A stretch of 64,000 nucleotides of DNA from Marsupella aquatica (Eukaryota; Plantae; Marchantiophyta). The notes under the pieces were generated by a model, which searched no databases, was not told the DNA's origin, and worked only from the letters and a program-made list of their open reading frames with translations. Positions 50,766 through 63,428 of the stretch are shown here, piece after piece. Where the stretch lies: contig OZ316894.1 in the NCBI GenBank assembly GCA_973895155.1, forward strand, positions 20,528,451 through 20,592,450, written 5' to 3'. The position numbers and the translations under genes were made by a program. Every line of letters starts with the position of its first letter. Positions within the stretch are counted from its first letter, which is position 1.

Positions 50766-50890
50766 TTAAACCACCACGGGCCACATATAAGGGGGAAGTG
50801 TCCAAGACTTCCATTTTCCCCATTGTATTAACTCTTTTCCTCTAGTTTGAAAGTATGGTATGCTCCAGGACATCAGCAAAAACCTGATGG
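50766..50890. mobile_element. Solitary terminal sequence related to the 13.8 kb MITE (possible end of a large DNA transposon)
   Basis: TTAAACCACCACGGGCCACATATAAGGGGGAAGTGTCCAAGACTTCC matches the reverse complement of 13922-13968. Similarity extends ~120 bp, then stops. Confidence 0.5.
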
Positions 50891-51847
50891 ATCCAAGTTC
50901 AGTCACATGTGATAGGAACAATTTAAACAAAGTAAACCAAATTGAGTGTTTAACTTGAATCTACTCCTTTCATAAATGTTAGACTCTTTGCATGGCCTCT
51001 GCAAAGCCTAGGGTCTTGGTAGAAAACATACTAGATTACTTAGAGTAAAAGAATTAGTTAGTCAGGAACATCTTAGGTGGGTCACATGCTTGGACACTTT
51101 TCTTTTGGATTGTATCTTTCCTTGCTTGCATGGACCGCATCTTTTTTTGTCCTTGCTCATTGGGGCTCTCTCTCCGTCTCATAGGTTTGCATTTTGCTGC
51201 CTCTGTCTTTGTTGCCCTGTTGGGCCCCCCTTCCCATGGGTTTTTGCGGGTTTTATTCCCCCCCCCCCCCCCCCCTCCCCAAACAAAAAAAGAAGTAAAC
51301 CAAATTAAGTGTCAAAACATACAATAAACCATGGTTCGTATTCTAATTTGTTGGTGAAATGCATATTCAATGCAATACACTGATAGTGAGTAAACAAAAA
51401 GTTTTCATTTAAATTGGTATCTACTGAATTTGAGAATTAATATTGGCTATAATACTCAATAAGTCCCAAGGGCCTAAAAGAAACTTAAGCCAATTTTTTT
51501 GCATTTAACACTAGTAGATCTCTACAAAATGACAAGTTTTATACTATGTGTATCTATTTTGGCATCAGACACTATGAATATAAAGACTGAATTTACAAGT
51601 ATTATGGGGTGCTGCCAAACGGGCTGCCAAAACTGAGTTCAAGAATAGAATTTTTGCTCTACAAATAGACATTTTGGCATTCGACATTATGAAGTAAAAT
51701 GAACATTACAAGTAATCATTCATGAATATATAATGCAGTAATCAATCATTTCAATTTTTCACGTAAATAATGTAACTTTTATTATCCAAAAAGAATACAT
51801 TTGAATATATTCTAAACACTACACCACACAAGCTGTGGTTTCTTTTA

Positions 51848-52411
51848 CTACATTTCTATTGATACTGTCTCATACTTCAGACCAAGTAGGATAGTGATAT
51901 TTAATAAACTTATGCACTGTCTACCAGAATCTTCTAGATTACGTAAATATGGAATAAGTGTGCCTCTAAGAAAATTGTCTTTACAATTACCATAATACTG
52001 CTTGGGATACAGCCTTGAATACATTGGATTTACACTATCAAATGATGGATAACACTCTAAAAATATAACATTTTGTCTTTGATATTGTGGATAAATATCA
52101 TTGATCTGTTTCATGTCCATCAAAGTTGATGTAAGAAACTTAAGACCAGAAAAACTCAAAGCTTTATCTGTGAGTATTGGATCCATTTGATCAGCCAGTT
52201 CGCATGTGTCAGTGAGTGCCCAAAGAACCACATCAAAAGTTGAAGTGCAAAATTCAAGAAATTCTTGTACATATGGTCTCGGAAAGATCATTTTGTTATA
52301 AACTCGGAAAGATGATGTCTTCTTCAAATGACGAGAGACCCCAGTTGTGTAAATGAGGAACTTGTTGATACTTATGATAAGTAATTTCCTGAATAAATTT
52401 TCAACTCTCAC
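51848..52411 (-). CDS. FCP1/NIF (HAD-fold) phosphatase-like exon, catalytic DxDxT missing
   Basis: KLLIISINKFL...IFPRPYVQEFLEFCTSTFDVVLW...NVIFLE...NPMYSRLYPKQY..KDNFL..LIPYL follows the plant FCP1-like pattern KLLVLDxNGLL..RP..EFL.FC...F.V.IW. Confidence 0.65.
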   Translation of the reverse strand: MRVENLFRKLLIISINKFLIYTTGVSRHLKKTSSFRVYNKMIFPRPYVQEFLEFCTSTFDVVLWALTDTCELADQMDPILTDKALSFSGLKFLTSTLMDMKQINDIYPQYQRQNVIFLECYPSFDSVNPMYSRLYPKQYYGNCKDNFLRGTLIPYLRNLEDSGRQCISLLNITILLGLKYETVSIEM

Positions 52412-53269
52412 CTGTACACAACACACACAGATGAGATTTAGAATAGTACCCAAAAATATGTCATAAATTAACTATGCACCATGGTTCATTCTACAAATAA
52501 GTGTGATAAGTAGTCGAAAATGTACCCTGATTATTAAACACATGGAATCTCCTTGAATGATTTCTATCTCCATGATCACGAATATACTGAGTATTGATCC
52601 ATATTTGGAAGTGTTCCCTCCAATCTTGTTGCAATGACTTTTGCAACCATAATGGGTAAGTTTCCTTGATACTATACACTATTCACATCCATAATGACCA
52701 ATTTGCTGGTTTGGGCTCAGATTGCACCTGAACAATCAAACAATTTATAGCACTATGAAAAAAATTATACATTTTAAGTATAGTTAAAATAAAATCATTA
52801 CTTCTTGTTGCGCAAAATCTACTGAGGTGTCTTCTTCACCTTTGGCAGCATAGTAACTTTTTCTATCACCGAGGGTCTCTTTGAATCCCGTCGAGTGGCA
52901 CGACCTGGAATGACCTTGGAACCAGTCTTAGGAAGCTCCATTCTTGTTGCTGGAGTCGTTTGTGAACAATCTCCATGAGAAGTTGAAACTAATGGGATCC
53001 CCAAAAAAGGAGGTGGTAATTCATTCAATCCATCAGCGTAGGCTGCAGCAGATGCTTCCTCTTCCCAAGGCGCAATTTTTCCCACCTCCGGTATGTCTTG
53101 ATCTTCAAGGTTAGTGGCTAGTTGGATCCAAGGATGTTCTTCACTATCTCCCAACAAATCACTCTCATTTGTTTTAGGGTCCATCGATGTGTGAGACACC
53201 TTTGGTTTTTCGGCCAAAATCATAACAGGATCCACTTGTGCATTGATTTCAACATTTCTTGTCTCTAGA

Positions 53270-53655
53270 GGATCCATTTGCTCCCTTGCTAGGTTGCTGT
53301 CAACATTTCTTGGCTTTGTCAATGTGAAAGGCTCATCCAAAATATTAGCCTCAACCACTAGAGGATCCATCTGCTCCCTTGCTAGGTTATTGTTAGCATT
53401 TATTGGCTCTGTCGATGTGGGACGCACATCCAAAATGTTAGTCTCAACCACTAGAGGATCCATCTGCTCCCTTGCTAGGTTGTTGTTAGCATTTCTTGAC
53501 TCTGTCGATGTGGGAGGCACATCCAAAATGTTAGTTTCAACCATTGAAGGATCCATTTTCTTCTCCACTGGATCACTGTCAACATTTACTGGCTCTGTCG
53601 ATATGGGAGACGTGCCCAAAATGTTAGTTTCAACCAGTAAAGGATCCATCTGCTC
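53270..53655 (-). repeat. Coding tandem repeat, 120 bp / 40 aa, ~3.5 copies
   Basis: EQMDPLVVETNILDV.PTSTEP.N(A/V).. units inside ORF 54564-52819. Confidence 0.85.
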
Positions 53656-56600
53656 CACCATTGGATTCACGACCAAAGCATTGTCTCTTATTGTTTCCTC
53701 GTTTGGAATGAAAGAATCATCTCTCTTCACACCCAAATCTTGGATGATTGCTTGTTCATAATCACTTTGATAAACTGCACATGTATTTAGTGTAGCATCA
53801 TTAAGATTAGACACGGGTGTATCTATAGAGTTAGTGATAGGGTTGGAGATTAGTTGATACTCCTTCATCCAAGTCCATTTGTTAATAGTGCTTTTAGGTT
53901 CACTTTGAATGGCAAAAACATCAATAGGAGGATCTCCAACCATTTCACATACTTTTGTTGCATAATAGACATTATCTTGTAAATTAGTGATTTGTTCAGG
54001 GGTTTCCAAACCGGAGCGATGAGTCAAAGCTTCATGCCAATATGCTCTTGCTTTCCACCCATGAAATTGAGCTTCGCTTCGAAAGAACTCATCCCAATCT
54101 ATTGTAGAAATGTGATCTGGGCAACTGGTTTCCTGATCAGGAATATAATTTTCCCACACAAATTTGCGGACAATCATTCTTCGCTCATTTTTACTTTTGG
54201 TTTCATCAAATGCCACTTCATTTTTGTTTCTTTGATTTGATTCTTGCACCCCAGCACGGCTACAATTTGATTGGATATTTTTAACATTCTTTGCATTTAG
54301 ATTTGAGGTAGGGCCTCTTCCTTTGGTCATTGAAACTCCTTGTTCCTCGACATTGAGCTCTGGTTCGGTTTGGAAAGCCCTGAACGAGTCAAGAATTTCC
54401 ATTGAATCATTTGGTGATTCCACGTGATCCAACTTTAGTGGCTGCCAAGCATTCGGGGAATCAATGTTATCCTCTTCGTCCTCATCCTTGTTCTCGTCCT
54501 CAATAGAATTGGTTTTATCTCCTACAACCAAAACAACAAACAATAGATAAATATGGTGAACCAATAAACTTCCAATTATTTTTATTTATTAAATATCGCT
54601 ATTAGTTTGCTTTGCCTAATTTCAATGACTACATGATGTATTAGACAAGTGTTTTCTATATTATGTTAAGTACTAATCTAATTTTTCACAAAATTCCAGA
54701 GTAAGTTAATCTATTTATATAATTTAAGCGATTCATTTGACAAGTTAAAACTATGATTGGGTTGTTCAGTTTGTATTAGTATTTGCTTCAACTCTAGTTG
54801 GAATTATTATCCATTTGAAATGTTTGGACTATACCAAATAATAGGTTCTATATTGTCTTGATAAATTTATCTAACTTCACACATCCAACTTGTTCCAACC
54901 ATGGTTCATTCTAATATTTTCATCAATCAATCATTCTATATCAAATCATGTACATCATTCTCTTGAGAACATCGATTTATAATTCATGATTCATATCTGG
55001 CATATGACAAGTTTGGCTACTTAATTAATCATTAGCTATTGAATATGGTAGTTTATAACAAATGGTAGTCATATTAACCTCCAAGTGGATCAGTAGGAAC
55101 ATTGGTTGGCATTTCGTAGACTTTGTCATCTGATTCAGGAATGTCGCCCAATCCATATTCCTTGATCACACAAGCAATACTACTTTCACCAAGGTGTAAG
55201 GTATCTTTGCAAAGCTCAATAATGTCCTCTCTCATATTCTTCTTGGCCAAATTATACTTCATCAATCTGGCAATATTTTTCTCTAAAATACTTCGAAGTT
55301 CACATGATGCTTCTTCAGGCTGATCATGATTAAACTTGTTTGTGGAAGAAAAGAACTGCGTAAGTCCTTCGTGATTAGACTCGTCACAATATGAACGTAC
55401 CCGAGCTCCCAAGTTCTGCAAAACCATGAGAGTTTTAATACTTGGGATTTCAATATAGTTGAATAATTAAATGAACTTTCAACTGTAAGGTTTGGGGTTT
55501 AAAAACTCATACCAAAAGGGAGTGGATCAGATGTCGGCCATCTCCAAAACAGACATAAAACTTGTCAAATGAGACAAGTTGAGAAGTCAAGTTATCATAG
55601 AAACTCTTGCTTTTCTCCCCAAGTTGAGTCTGCTCTGCAACATCTTCTGTTGTCTCTTCATAATTCTCCAAACATCCTGCTTTCTTAAAGCTTAACAAAA
55701 ATTTTCCAGAAATCTCATCTGCCTCACATTCTTCAGTGAATGACACTTTGAAGAATGCATAAGTTACAAAAAGACAATTGACATCATAAATTGTCGATGT
55801 AGAAGATGACGGTCGAGATTGTGTCCAGTATTGTGTTGTGAATGCAACATAATGTGGGTGTGCTGAAATGGCACTCATCACAAAGAAAGAGTCGATCGCA
55901 GATGATATCACTACCACGACATGAGATGGTTTGGACCCAATCATAGAAGCTGCATCAAAGAATGCTTCATATGTCTTCCGTGTCATGGGACTTATTCCAG
56001 GTATCATGGTAGCATCCAAGAATATGAATGTTGCCATTTCTTTCAATTCCAAGATGATTGGACGAAAAAATGCAGGAGTTCCAAATCCCTCATTTGAACA
56101 AAACCTAAGTTTTGAGTCAAGTTTCACAACCACCGGATTACCTTTTCCATCCACTGAAGCCCTGATTGACCATATCAAACTCTTAAAAACTCCAGGTAGA
56201 AGATTTTGCAACTCGTCATTTCCAGTGTTCTTCGTTAATGATTTTGGGATTACTGCAGGTCCAAGCGTAGTTTGAAGTTTTTCAACTTTATTTGGAGTAA
56301 ACTTGATAAAGTTGAAAAACTTCAAGCTCACATTGCATTCACCTTCTCGATTCTCTGCTCCATGGGCAACGCTCATAGTTTCCCCTTAGGCATATTATCT
56401 TTTGCAAGATATTTCAAAAGCAGTATCTCAAACTCCTTATCCTGCTTCTTTTGAACGCAATACTCATCAAGAGCAATGAAATCTTCTTCGATAGGAACTG
56501 CATCTATCTTCTTTGCAATTCCGCTACTTCGTTGCTTCATTAGTGAGATCTTCTTATTGGTAAGAAGATACCTTGCAATCTTCATCAACACTGCATCTTC

Positions 56601-58449
56601 AACACCAAGAAAATCCCGAAATGTTCTTCGTGCCACCTCCCAAGCTCCTCGAGCAGAATCTTTCTTAATAACATCTCTCTGTAAGAACCCATTGAAAGCA
56701 ACCAATTTTCCTTCTCTTGACATCTCGTAAACTTTCATCCACAAGTTGAAGGTGGAATCTGTCATATTTAAGATGAAAGGTCCAAGTTCACCCAAATTAA
56801 ATTTTCCATTCTCCTCTTTAGCCCAAGGGATGACGATCATTGCTGCTTTTGAGAAGTGTTGTTCACACACAACTAAAATCATTAGGTGGATACGAACCAT
56901 GGTTCACACTGTTCTACTTTTCACATTCTATTGCATTCAGATGCACTAGCAGAAGTTAAATAAGAATAAAAATAAACTTATGAAATATATGACTCTTACC
57001 TTCCATTTTGAATCTTTGGTGCTGTTTGTCTCTGAAGGAGGACATCCATAACTTTTCCAAATATCTCTGACCTGTCTTGCAATCAAGAAAAATTGGGATT
57101 CATCCATTGCTGTGTGATGGACATGATTCAATGTCTTTGATAATCCCATCATTACCAGGTTCCCAGCCAAATCATATGGTGCCCAAAACATCACGGCATC
57201 AATTCTAAGGCATTTTTGATGAATAGCAGTATCCACTGATTCATCATTCAAAAGTAATCGGTAAGCTATTACTGTGTGCTGGCCTCCAATTATCCAAAAA
57301 TGATAATTGTCAATTTGATCAAGGATCGGTGGGTGTGACAATGGAGTCCCACAATAGCCAACTTCGGTGCTCCTGCTCTCATCCCAAAGCACTGGGATGA
57401 GGAAACAAACCCGCTTCTCAAAATTTACCAACGACTGAAATTTCATCGAGTTGGCAAGGTCCCTTGAGTAATCAGGGTCATGTCCTCTACATTTTACAAC
57501 ATTGGGTGCAATGTGGCATTTCGAATTTTCAACATTGAAAACTCTACTATCAAAGATGTTTGATTTTTTATAAACACCATTGAAACTCTTGCAAAGATCT
57601 CCAATGTTTTCTCCAGTGATCATTTTTGGAAGTTCTCCAGTTTCAAACTTGGATTGCTTCTCAAGTTCCTCCTTCTTTCCAACACGAAATGTTTCCGGGA
57701 AGGTGCATTTTGCCCATGCCAAGATGGATAACATGTACCTCTTGATGCTTGGGCCATTTATGATTGTAGAAACCTTTGGGAATGTGGGATCCAAAATGGC
57801 TGAGAATGCCTCCAGAGATAATCTGCAATTTGCCTCAATGTATGTTTGGTCAAACATCCCAAATACCTCTCTGGAGAAACAATAGCAAATCCTATTGTTT
57901 TGTGATTCATCGACGGTATCCTCCTCGACCAGAAGGACCAAAGCCTCTTGACAGTCTTTCAGGTTGACATTTTTCTCATAAACACAACTGAGAATTTGAG
58001 AGTCTGACAATACCAAAGTCCCCTCTTCAGAAGCGACGCACATCCGAAGAACATTCTTATCAAGCACCACTCCCCAGTGCTTCATATCTTTATGTTCAAC
58101 TCGGACAACAGTATCGGTGATGGTGGATTTCAATGTCATCTTCCTCCCACGAAAATTAGTGATGGAATTCACTCCTGTGACACCCTTTCTAACTTTGGCT
58201 TCCATCAGTTTTTTCCAAAGACTTCCGCTTCTTCTTGCTAGTTTCTCCTTCGGATGCCATGACTATGTGCGTTCTCGCTCTGCTTCACAACAAAAACAAA
58301 TTTGATCATAAGAATACTGTCGGCAAGATGTGTCAAGGATATTCTTTAAAGAACATGTTGAATGTTCAAAGAAACCAGATATTTTGAAATGTTTGACTTA
58401 ATTTTCTCCTAGGGACAGCATAGAGTAGTTTGGATTCTGGCAAAATGTA

Positions 58450-59460
58450 GATCATCAAACCATGGTTCATGCTGCAAGCTCTAAATCTAGATGAAATCAA
58501 AGATGACTAGGGATAGTGCAAACAAAGGTTCATGGAATAATAGTTAGCTTTGAATCTAAATGAATTGAATCAAAGACTACTGGGACAGTGCAAACCAAGG
58601 TTCGTGCAAGATAGCTAGCTGTGACTGGTATTTATTCTTTGTACTGCAAACCATGGTTTGCTCTGCAAATGGTTACAGGGAATGAACTTCAGGACAATTC
58701 ATTGCGAACACTGCAAACCAAGATTCATGCAATGAGGGCTTGTGATACTTATTCTCAGTAGTGCAAACCATGGTTTGCACTGCAAATGATATGACTTTCA
58801 TGTTAAATGAATGGCAACACTAACAATCAAAATGAACATGAAGTAATAAGGCTTGGATATCAATAGGTCCCTTTGTGCAACAAGGTCTAGAAAAATTGAC
58901 TAGGAAGATAAACTTCAGAACAAACCATGGTTCATGCCCTTGAAAGCAAAATTGAGCTTCATTAAGATTAGAAATTGGACTGGGTGGACATGCATGATGT
59001 GCAAATCCTTGTTTGTGCTGCAAGTACAAATGTAAATCCATTTGCTAGAAAATTGTTGGCTGGAAGGACAGCCAAGTCCAGATGTGAGTTGTGATAGTGG
59101 GAGTCACATATTACCCCTTCACAGCACGAACCATGGTTTGTGCCACGATAGGTACAAGGCACCAGATTTGGAAAATGTAATGCCTCAAAGGAAGGTGAGT
59201 TGAGGTCAGAGTGGTGGAATTAGACTTAACATAAAGATGTGCAAACCATGGTTTGTGCATATATGAAATCATGGAAATCTATTTCAGAGACAGGGCCGAC
59301 TGGGAGGATAATCGAGGTCACTTGCTTCGCAGCACAAGCCATGGTTCATGCAGCAATTGATAAATGTATTGCCTCAAAGGAAGGCTAGCTCAGTTGACCA
59401 CAGAGAGGCCAAGGGACACGATGTGAGAGACAGTTGAATTGCACATCATGGTTTGAGCTG
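58450..59460. repeat. Array of palindromic GCAAACCATGGTT(C/T)RTGC motifs with variable spacers
   Basis: Perfect AACCATGGTT at 58458, 58649, 58766, 58923, 59129 and 59244. Variants at ~58521, 58593, 58716, 59003, 59337 and 59444. Perfect 22-bp palindrome at 58760-58781. Confidence 0.85.
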
Positions 59461-62400
59461 GTAGGGATAAAATGCAATCCATTTCATAAAGTGGGATTGC
59501 TGGAATGATAGCTGACCTAGGAGTGGAGTGATTTTATTGGGACTCCACAACATGGAACGGATTCAGGAAATGCACTGGCCGTAACGACTTAGCTGCTGGC
59601 CTCAGGGATGATTTCTTTGATAAGGTGTACAGTCCGTAACAGCTTACTTGAAGGATTCATGGATTGAGTTAGGATTGTGGGAAGAAGGGGATATTACAAT
59701 CCTCCATAAAATTTTAGTTGTGACCTCCAAGTTTAGACTTTGGTTATTGTTAATGAACATAAAATGACCTTTAGGAATAGTCAAGCACAATAGGACAAAT
59801 CTTGCTATGGCAATCTTCAGCACACTCTGGACTACAGAGATTGAGGGCAGGTTACCTATGATCAAGTGCACTTCAAGTTAGCTCAGCAACCCTGCTCAGA
59901 CCAGCTCAAGCCTCAACAACTCCGCGCTGATGGGGATTAGAAAAAGGGATATATGCCACGTTTAGGCCAGTTATTGAGATGAGAAGGGGTAGCTCGATCC
60001 ACCTTCCTAGACTGCCAAACACATCCAAGATCACACTTCATCATGTGCTCACAAAGCCAATATCAAAGGGTATATATTCAAACAGATATGCCATAACAAG
60101 AAGTTTCCAATTAACAAAGGCTCCAAAACAACGATAGAGACTTAAGGATGTCCAACAGTATAATCGTGTAGCAGCACTTACCACTGAGAATAGTCCTGGC
60201 CTTCACACAGCATGTGAGAATAGTCCTGGCCTTCCACGCCTTTACGCAACATACTGCACCACACAAAGGAACAAAACCAAAAGTTGAGCATTAAAACTCT
60301 TACCAATCACAAAGAATTACAAGAACACGACTCAATACTGAGAGGCATGATCAACAAATGAGTCAATCCACCCAAATAGCAAGGGCGGAGGTGACAAAGG
60401 AACACTAATTTAAAGAACAACCACTTCTGAAGGGAAAAAAAGACAATCTGATCAAAAGCATGTGAGATTTGTAGAACCAAATGAAAACATACAACCAAAA
60501 TTTAGTCTTCCTACCGCGTGCTTGGAAACTCTATTGTTGAGTGTTGCTCTAAGCTACTATCTTCCACATGGCTGCCAACAGTAAGCAACAACAGTTTGCT
60601 GCATTAATTGTTTGAATGGGTCTCTTTGTACAGCCAAGCATACACTCTGACAAGCATATTATCGACATGTAGCATCGTAATGAAACTAAGGCACTTGATT
60701 CTTGTACACTGAACTGAGTAGACAGCCGGGTAGACTGCGGACTGTGAGAGTGTGAATGTTAAATTAGACCAAGACGTGCAAGTTGGACAAATGAGTTCAT
60801 GTTGTGACACAGGTAGTCATCCCGACCTCTCTACTCTACTCTACTCAATCACATATATGCCAATATATACATTATCGACCCTTACTGACTGAGATCAATT
60901 CCTAGATCTTAGAAGGCCCAGAATCGGGCCCAAAATATTTGATCTAGTCATTTTTAATTTACCTCAAACTAAGCCCTCGATATATCAGACTAAATATTCA
61001 GCTTCTTGCCATGATCGATTGATTAGTTATGAATTAGCAGCAAATTTTTAGATTAATTTCTTAAACTCTACGTATGTCCATATACTAGTCTGAGTTGTCT
61101 TTGCACAAAAACCAAGCCTTGTGCTAAGAATGCTTGCAATTGATACTCGATCCATACACAGTCCCAACAAAGATACCTCTCCTTGAGTGACTCGATCTAT
61201 GGCCTCTTTAGCAATATTGACAGGGCTGACTTCTGGCACGTAGAGGCTAATTATATGCAGTTGCCCAATAATAGTTTAGTGCATACCCAAATCTGACCTG
61301 TGCTTTTACTGTCAACGGCTATGCCTGTTGCTCACTCTATTGTGTTGAAGTCAAAGTTGTCTTGGACCTACATGTCCAGGCAACAAACTTTAGTATCACA
61401 AGGCCACCACTAAAGAAGATAAACAGTGAATATAATTTTCAACAAGCTAAAACAATGAACTGAAACTTTGGCAAACCCACCACAGTATTTAATTGCATGC
61501 AGCAGAAAACGATGAGATGCACATAAAAAACTTTACAACTTATATTCATGTACGTCTACAAGACAATTTATCAATGCCATTGCTCTTGGTTAGAACACAT
61601 GTCGGAAGCAAAGTGATGAATCAATATGTAGAGTACATTATAGTTTCATAATTTGTGTTGTCTGACATAAAACTAGGAGAGCAATATTCCTCTTCCAATC
61701 AAAGTGGTAAGAATATTAAAATAGACAGGGAAGTACCTTCCTAACAATCACATAACCTTGGTAATGAAAACCAGATCTACCTTCTGTTGTTGGTGAAGTA
61801 CGTTGTTGGTGAAGTAGTAGTTTAACTCTGAATAGCATCCCTGGGAGGATCGCAGCACTAAATTACATATTTGACATGCAGCGCTCCTGTCCAATGGAAG
61901 TACAAATGACATCAGAAGAATAAAGAAAATGTGTCCATCTACACACAAGACAAATGTACTACTATTTTAATTTTATGCTGTGTAGCTATCCTTCTGATTA
62001 CAGAATTGTTTTAAAATTTGGCATTTGTTAGATAATCTCACGCATGGATCTAGATTCTAGTTTTTGTCAGGCTGACATAGACATTGAGAATTAAATTCTA
62101 ATCTATTGCAAGCTTTGTCAAACTTTCTAAGTTTGAATAACACTGTATGGTCAATTCATCTTATCCTTGTTCCAATCAGATTGCTAAGAACGTTAAAAAT
62201 AGATAGGGAACTACTGTACCTGGCTTCCAACGATCACATAACCTTCAGAATAAAACTGAGATCTATACCTGTTGGGAGAAACTAGCTCTCTGGGAGAGGC
62301 GCAACAATAAAATACGTCGCCGACATGCAGCGCTCCTGTCCAACGGAAGCAGGCATAGTGTTAGGAGAATAGAAAAAATGTAGCTGTCATGCAGAGCTCC

Positions 62401-62794
62401 AATGAAAGCACATAAATGTTACGGAGTAGGAAGATCTGGAAACCAAATGTGTCATTCTTTATACCGTTGGAAAGAAGAAGTCAAGCCGCATCCAACAAAC
62501 ATAGACACTCAGGTTTTGAGAGAAAGAGGAAGACGCAGTATGAATCGTAAGTAGGCAAAAAAATGCAAAAATAACATAGCTAGACACAGAAAAATGCATA
62601 AATGTTGACTGGGTCAATGTGACACGATTTTCAATAATACTGGATGAAAACAGGCGATTAAGGCATCGTTGGAAAGGATTTTCAAATGCTTTTGAAACAA
62701 GCCCATGAGCAAGACTTCTTGTTGAGTAAACACTGAGATCGGAAGACAAGTCAGAGAAGGAGATTGAAGGAACATCAATCCTCCATTACAACCG

Positions 62795-62942
62795 GGAGCC
62801 AAGAAGAAACGAATAAAGAACAGCGCAGGTGATGCGAACTGCTAGCAAACCCCTGCGGCAAGGCTCTGCTTGGAAGAAACGAATGAAAAACAGTGCAGGT
62901 GATGGGAACTGCTAGCAAACCCCTGCAGCAAGGCTCTGCTTC
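62795..62942. repeat. ~70-bp tandem duplication
   Basis: GAAGAAACGAAT..AACAG(C/T)GCAGGTGATG(C/G)GAACTGCTAGCAAACCCCTGC(G/A)GCAAGGCTCTGCTT twice. Confidence 0.85.
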
Positions 62943-63227
62943 ACTTTGGTCGATATCAAAATTATACACATAGATGCAAAGTGACGACATACATTCCACA
63001 TACAGGCTAGCTCACCTATTCTCCATCACTTTCACATCAGGTCACCTCAGCGCAGCACTCACTCAGCGATTACTCACAGTCCTAGCACTCACTCAGCAAC
63101 GACTCACAGTCCTGTATTCCAGCTCCATCTTGCCAAAACTTAGCTCAACTCCAGCTCACGGTTGAGGTCCAAATCATTCTTCAGCTCCAACTCACAGTTC
63201 AGGGTCTCAGCACTTGCACCAAAGCAC

Positions 63228-63428
63228 AACTTGATGTAGCTCTCGCTCCAAACTTTCCCGCAACTCACAAGATTGACCTTCAGATTTTGAGCTCCCATTA
63301 TACTTGCTACTTGACCTAGCAAACTAACTTGATGTAGCTCACGCTCCAAACTTTCCCGCAACTCACCTTACTCATAAGATTGAATTCCAGATTTTGAACT
63401 CCCACTATACTTGCTACTTGACCTAGCA
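63228..63428. repeat. ~100-bp tandem duplication
   Basis: AACTTGATGTAGCTC(T/A)CGCTCCAAACTTTCCCGCAACTCAC...ATACTTGCTACTTGACCTAGCA twice. Confidence 0.85.

Larger units (their letters stand above)
51848..58260 (-). pseudogene. Large multi-exon, slightly decayed gene: ParB/Srx-like motif + possible degenerate N4/N6 methyltransferase-like region + repeat linker + inactive FCP1/NIF-like domain
   Basis: Long co-oriented ORFs (58205-56946, 56900-56373, 56376-55507, 55427-55074, 54564-52819, 52453-51848). Several have splice-like borders: donor after 57000, acceptors TTTTGCAG ~55416, TTGTAG ~54522 and TACAG ~52412. Frameshifts occur near 58210 and 56375. The exon model is only partly resolved. Confidence 0.65.

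Noticed and set aside
51257-51280. Long poly-C tract and the ORFs spanning it
   Set aside because: Simple homopolymer; the poly-Pro ORFs are incidental.
58450-59460. CRISPR array interpretation of the palindromic repeats
   Set aside because: Eukaryotic context, short degenerate repeat, irregular and partly homologous spacers, no cas genes.
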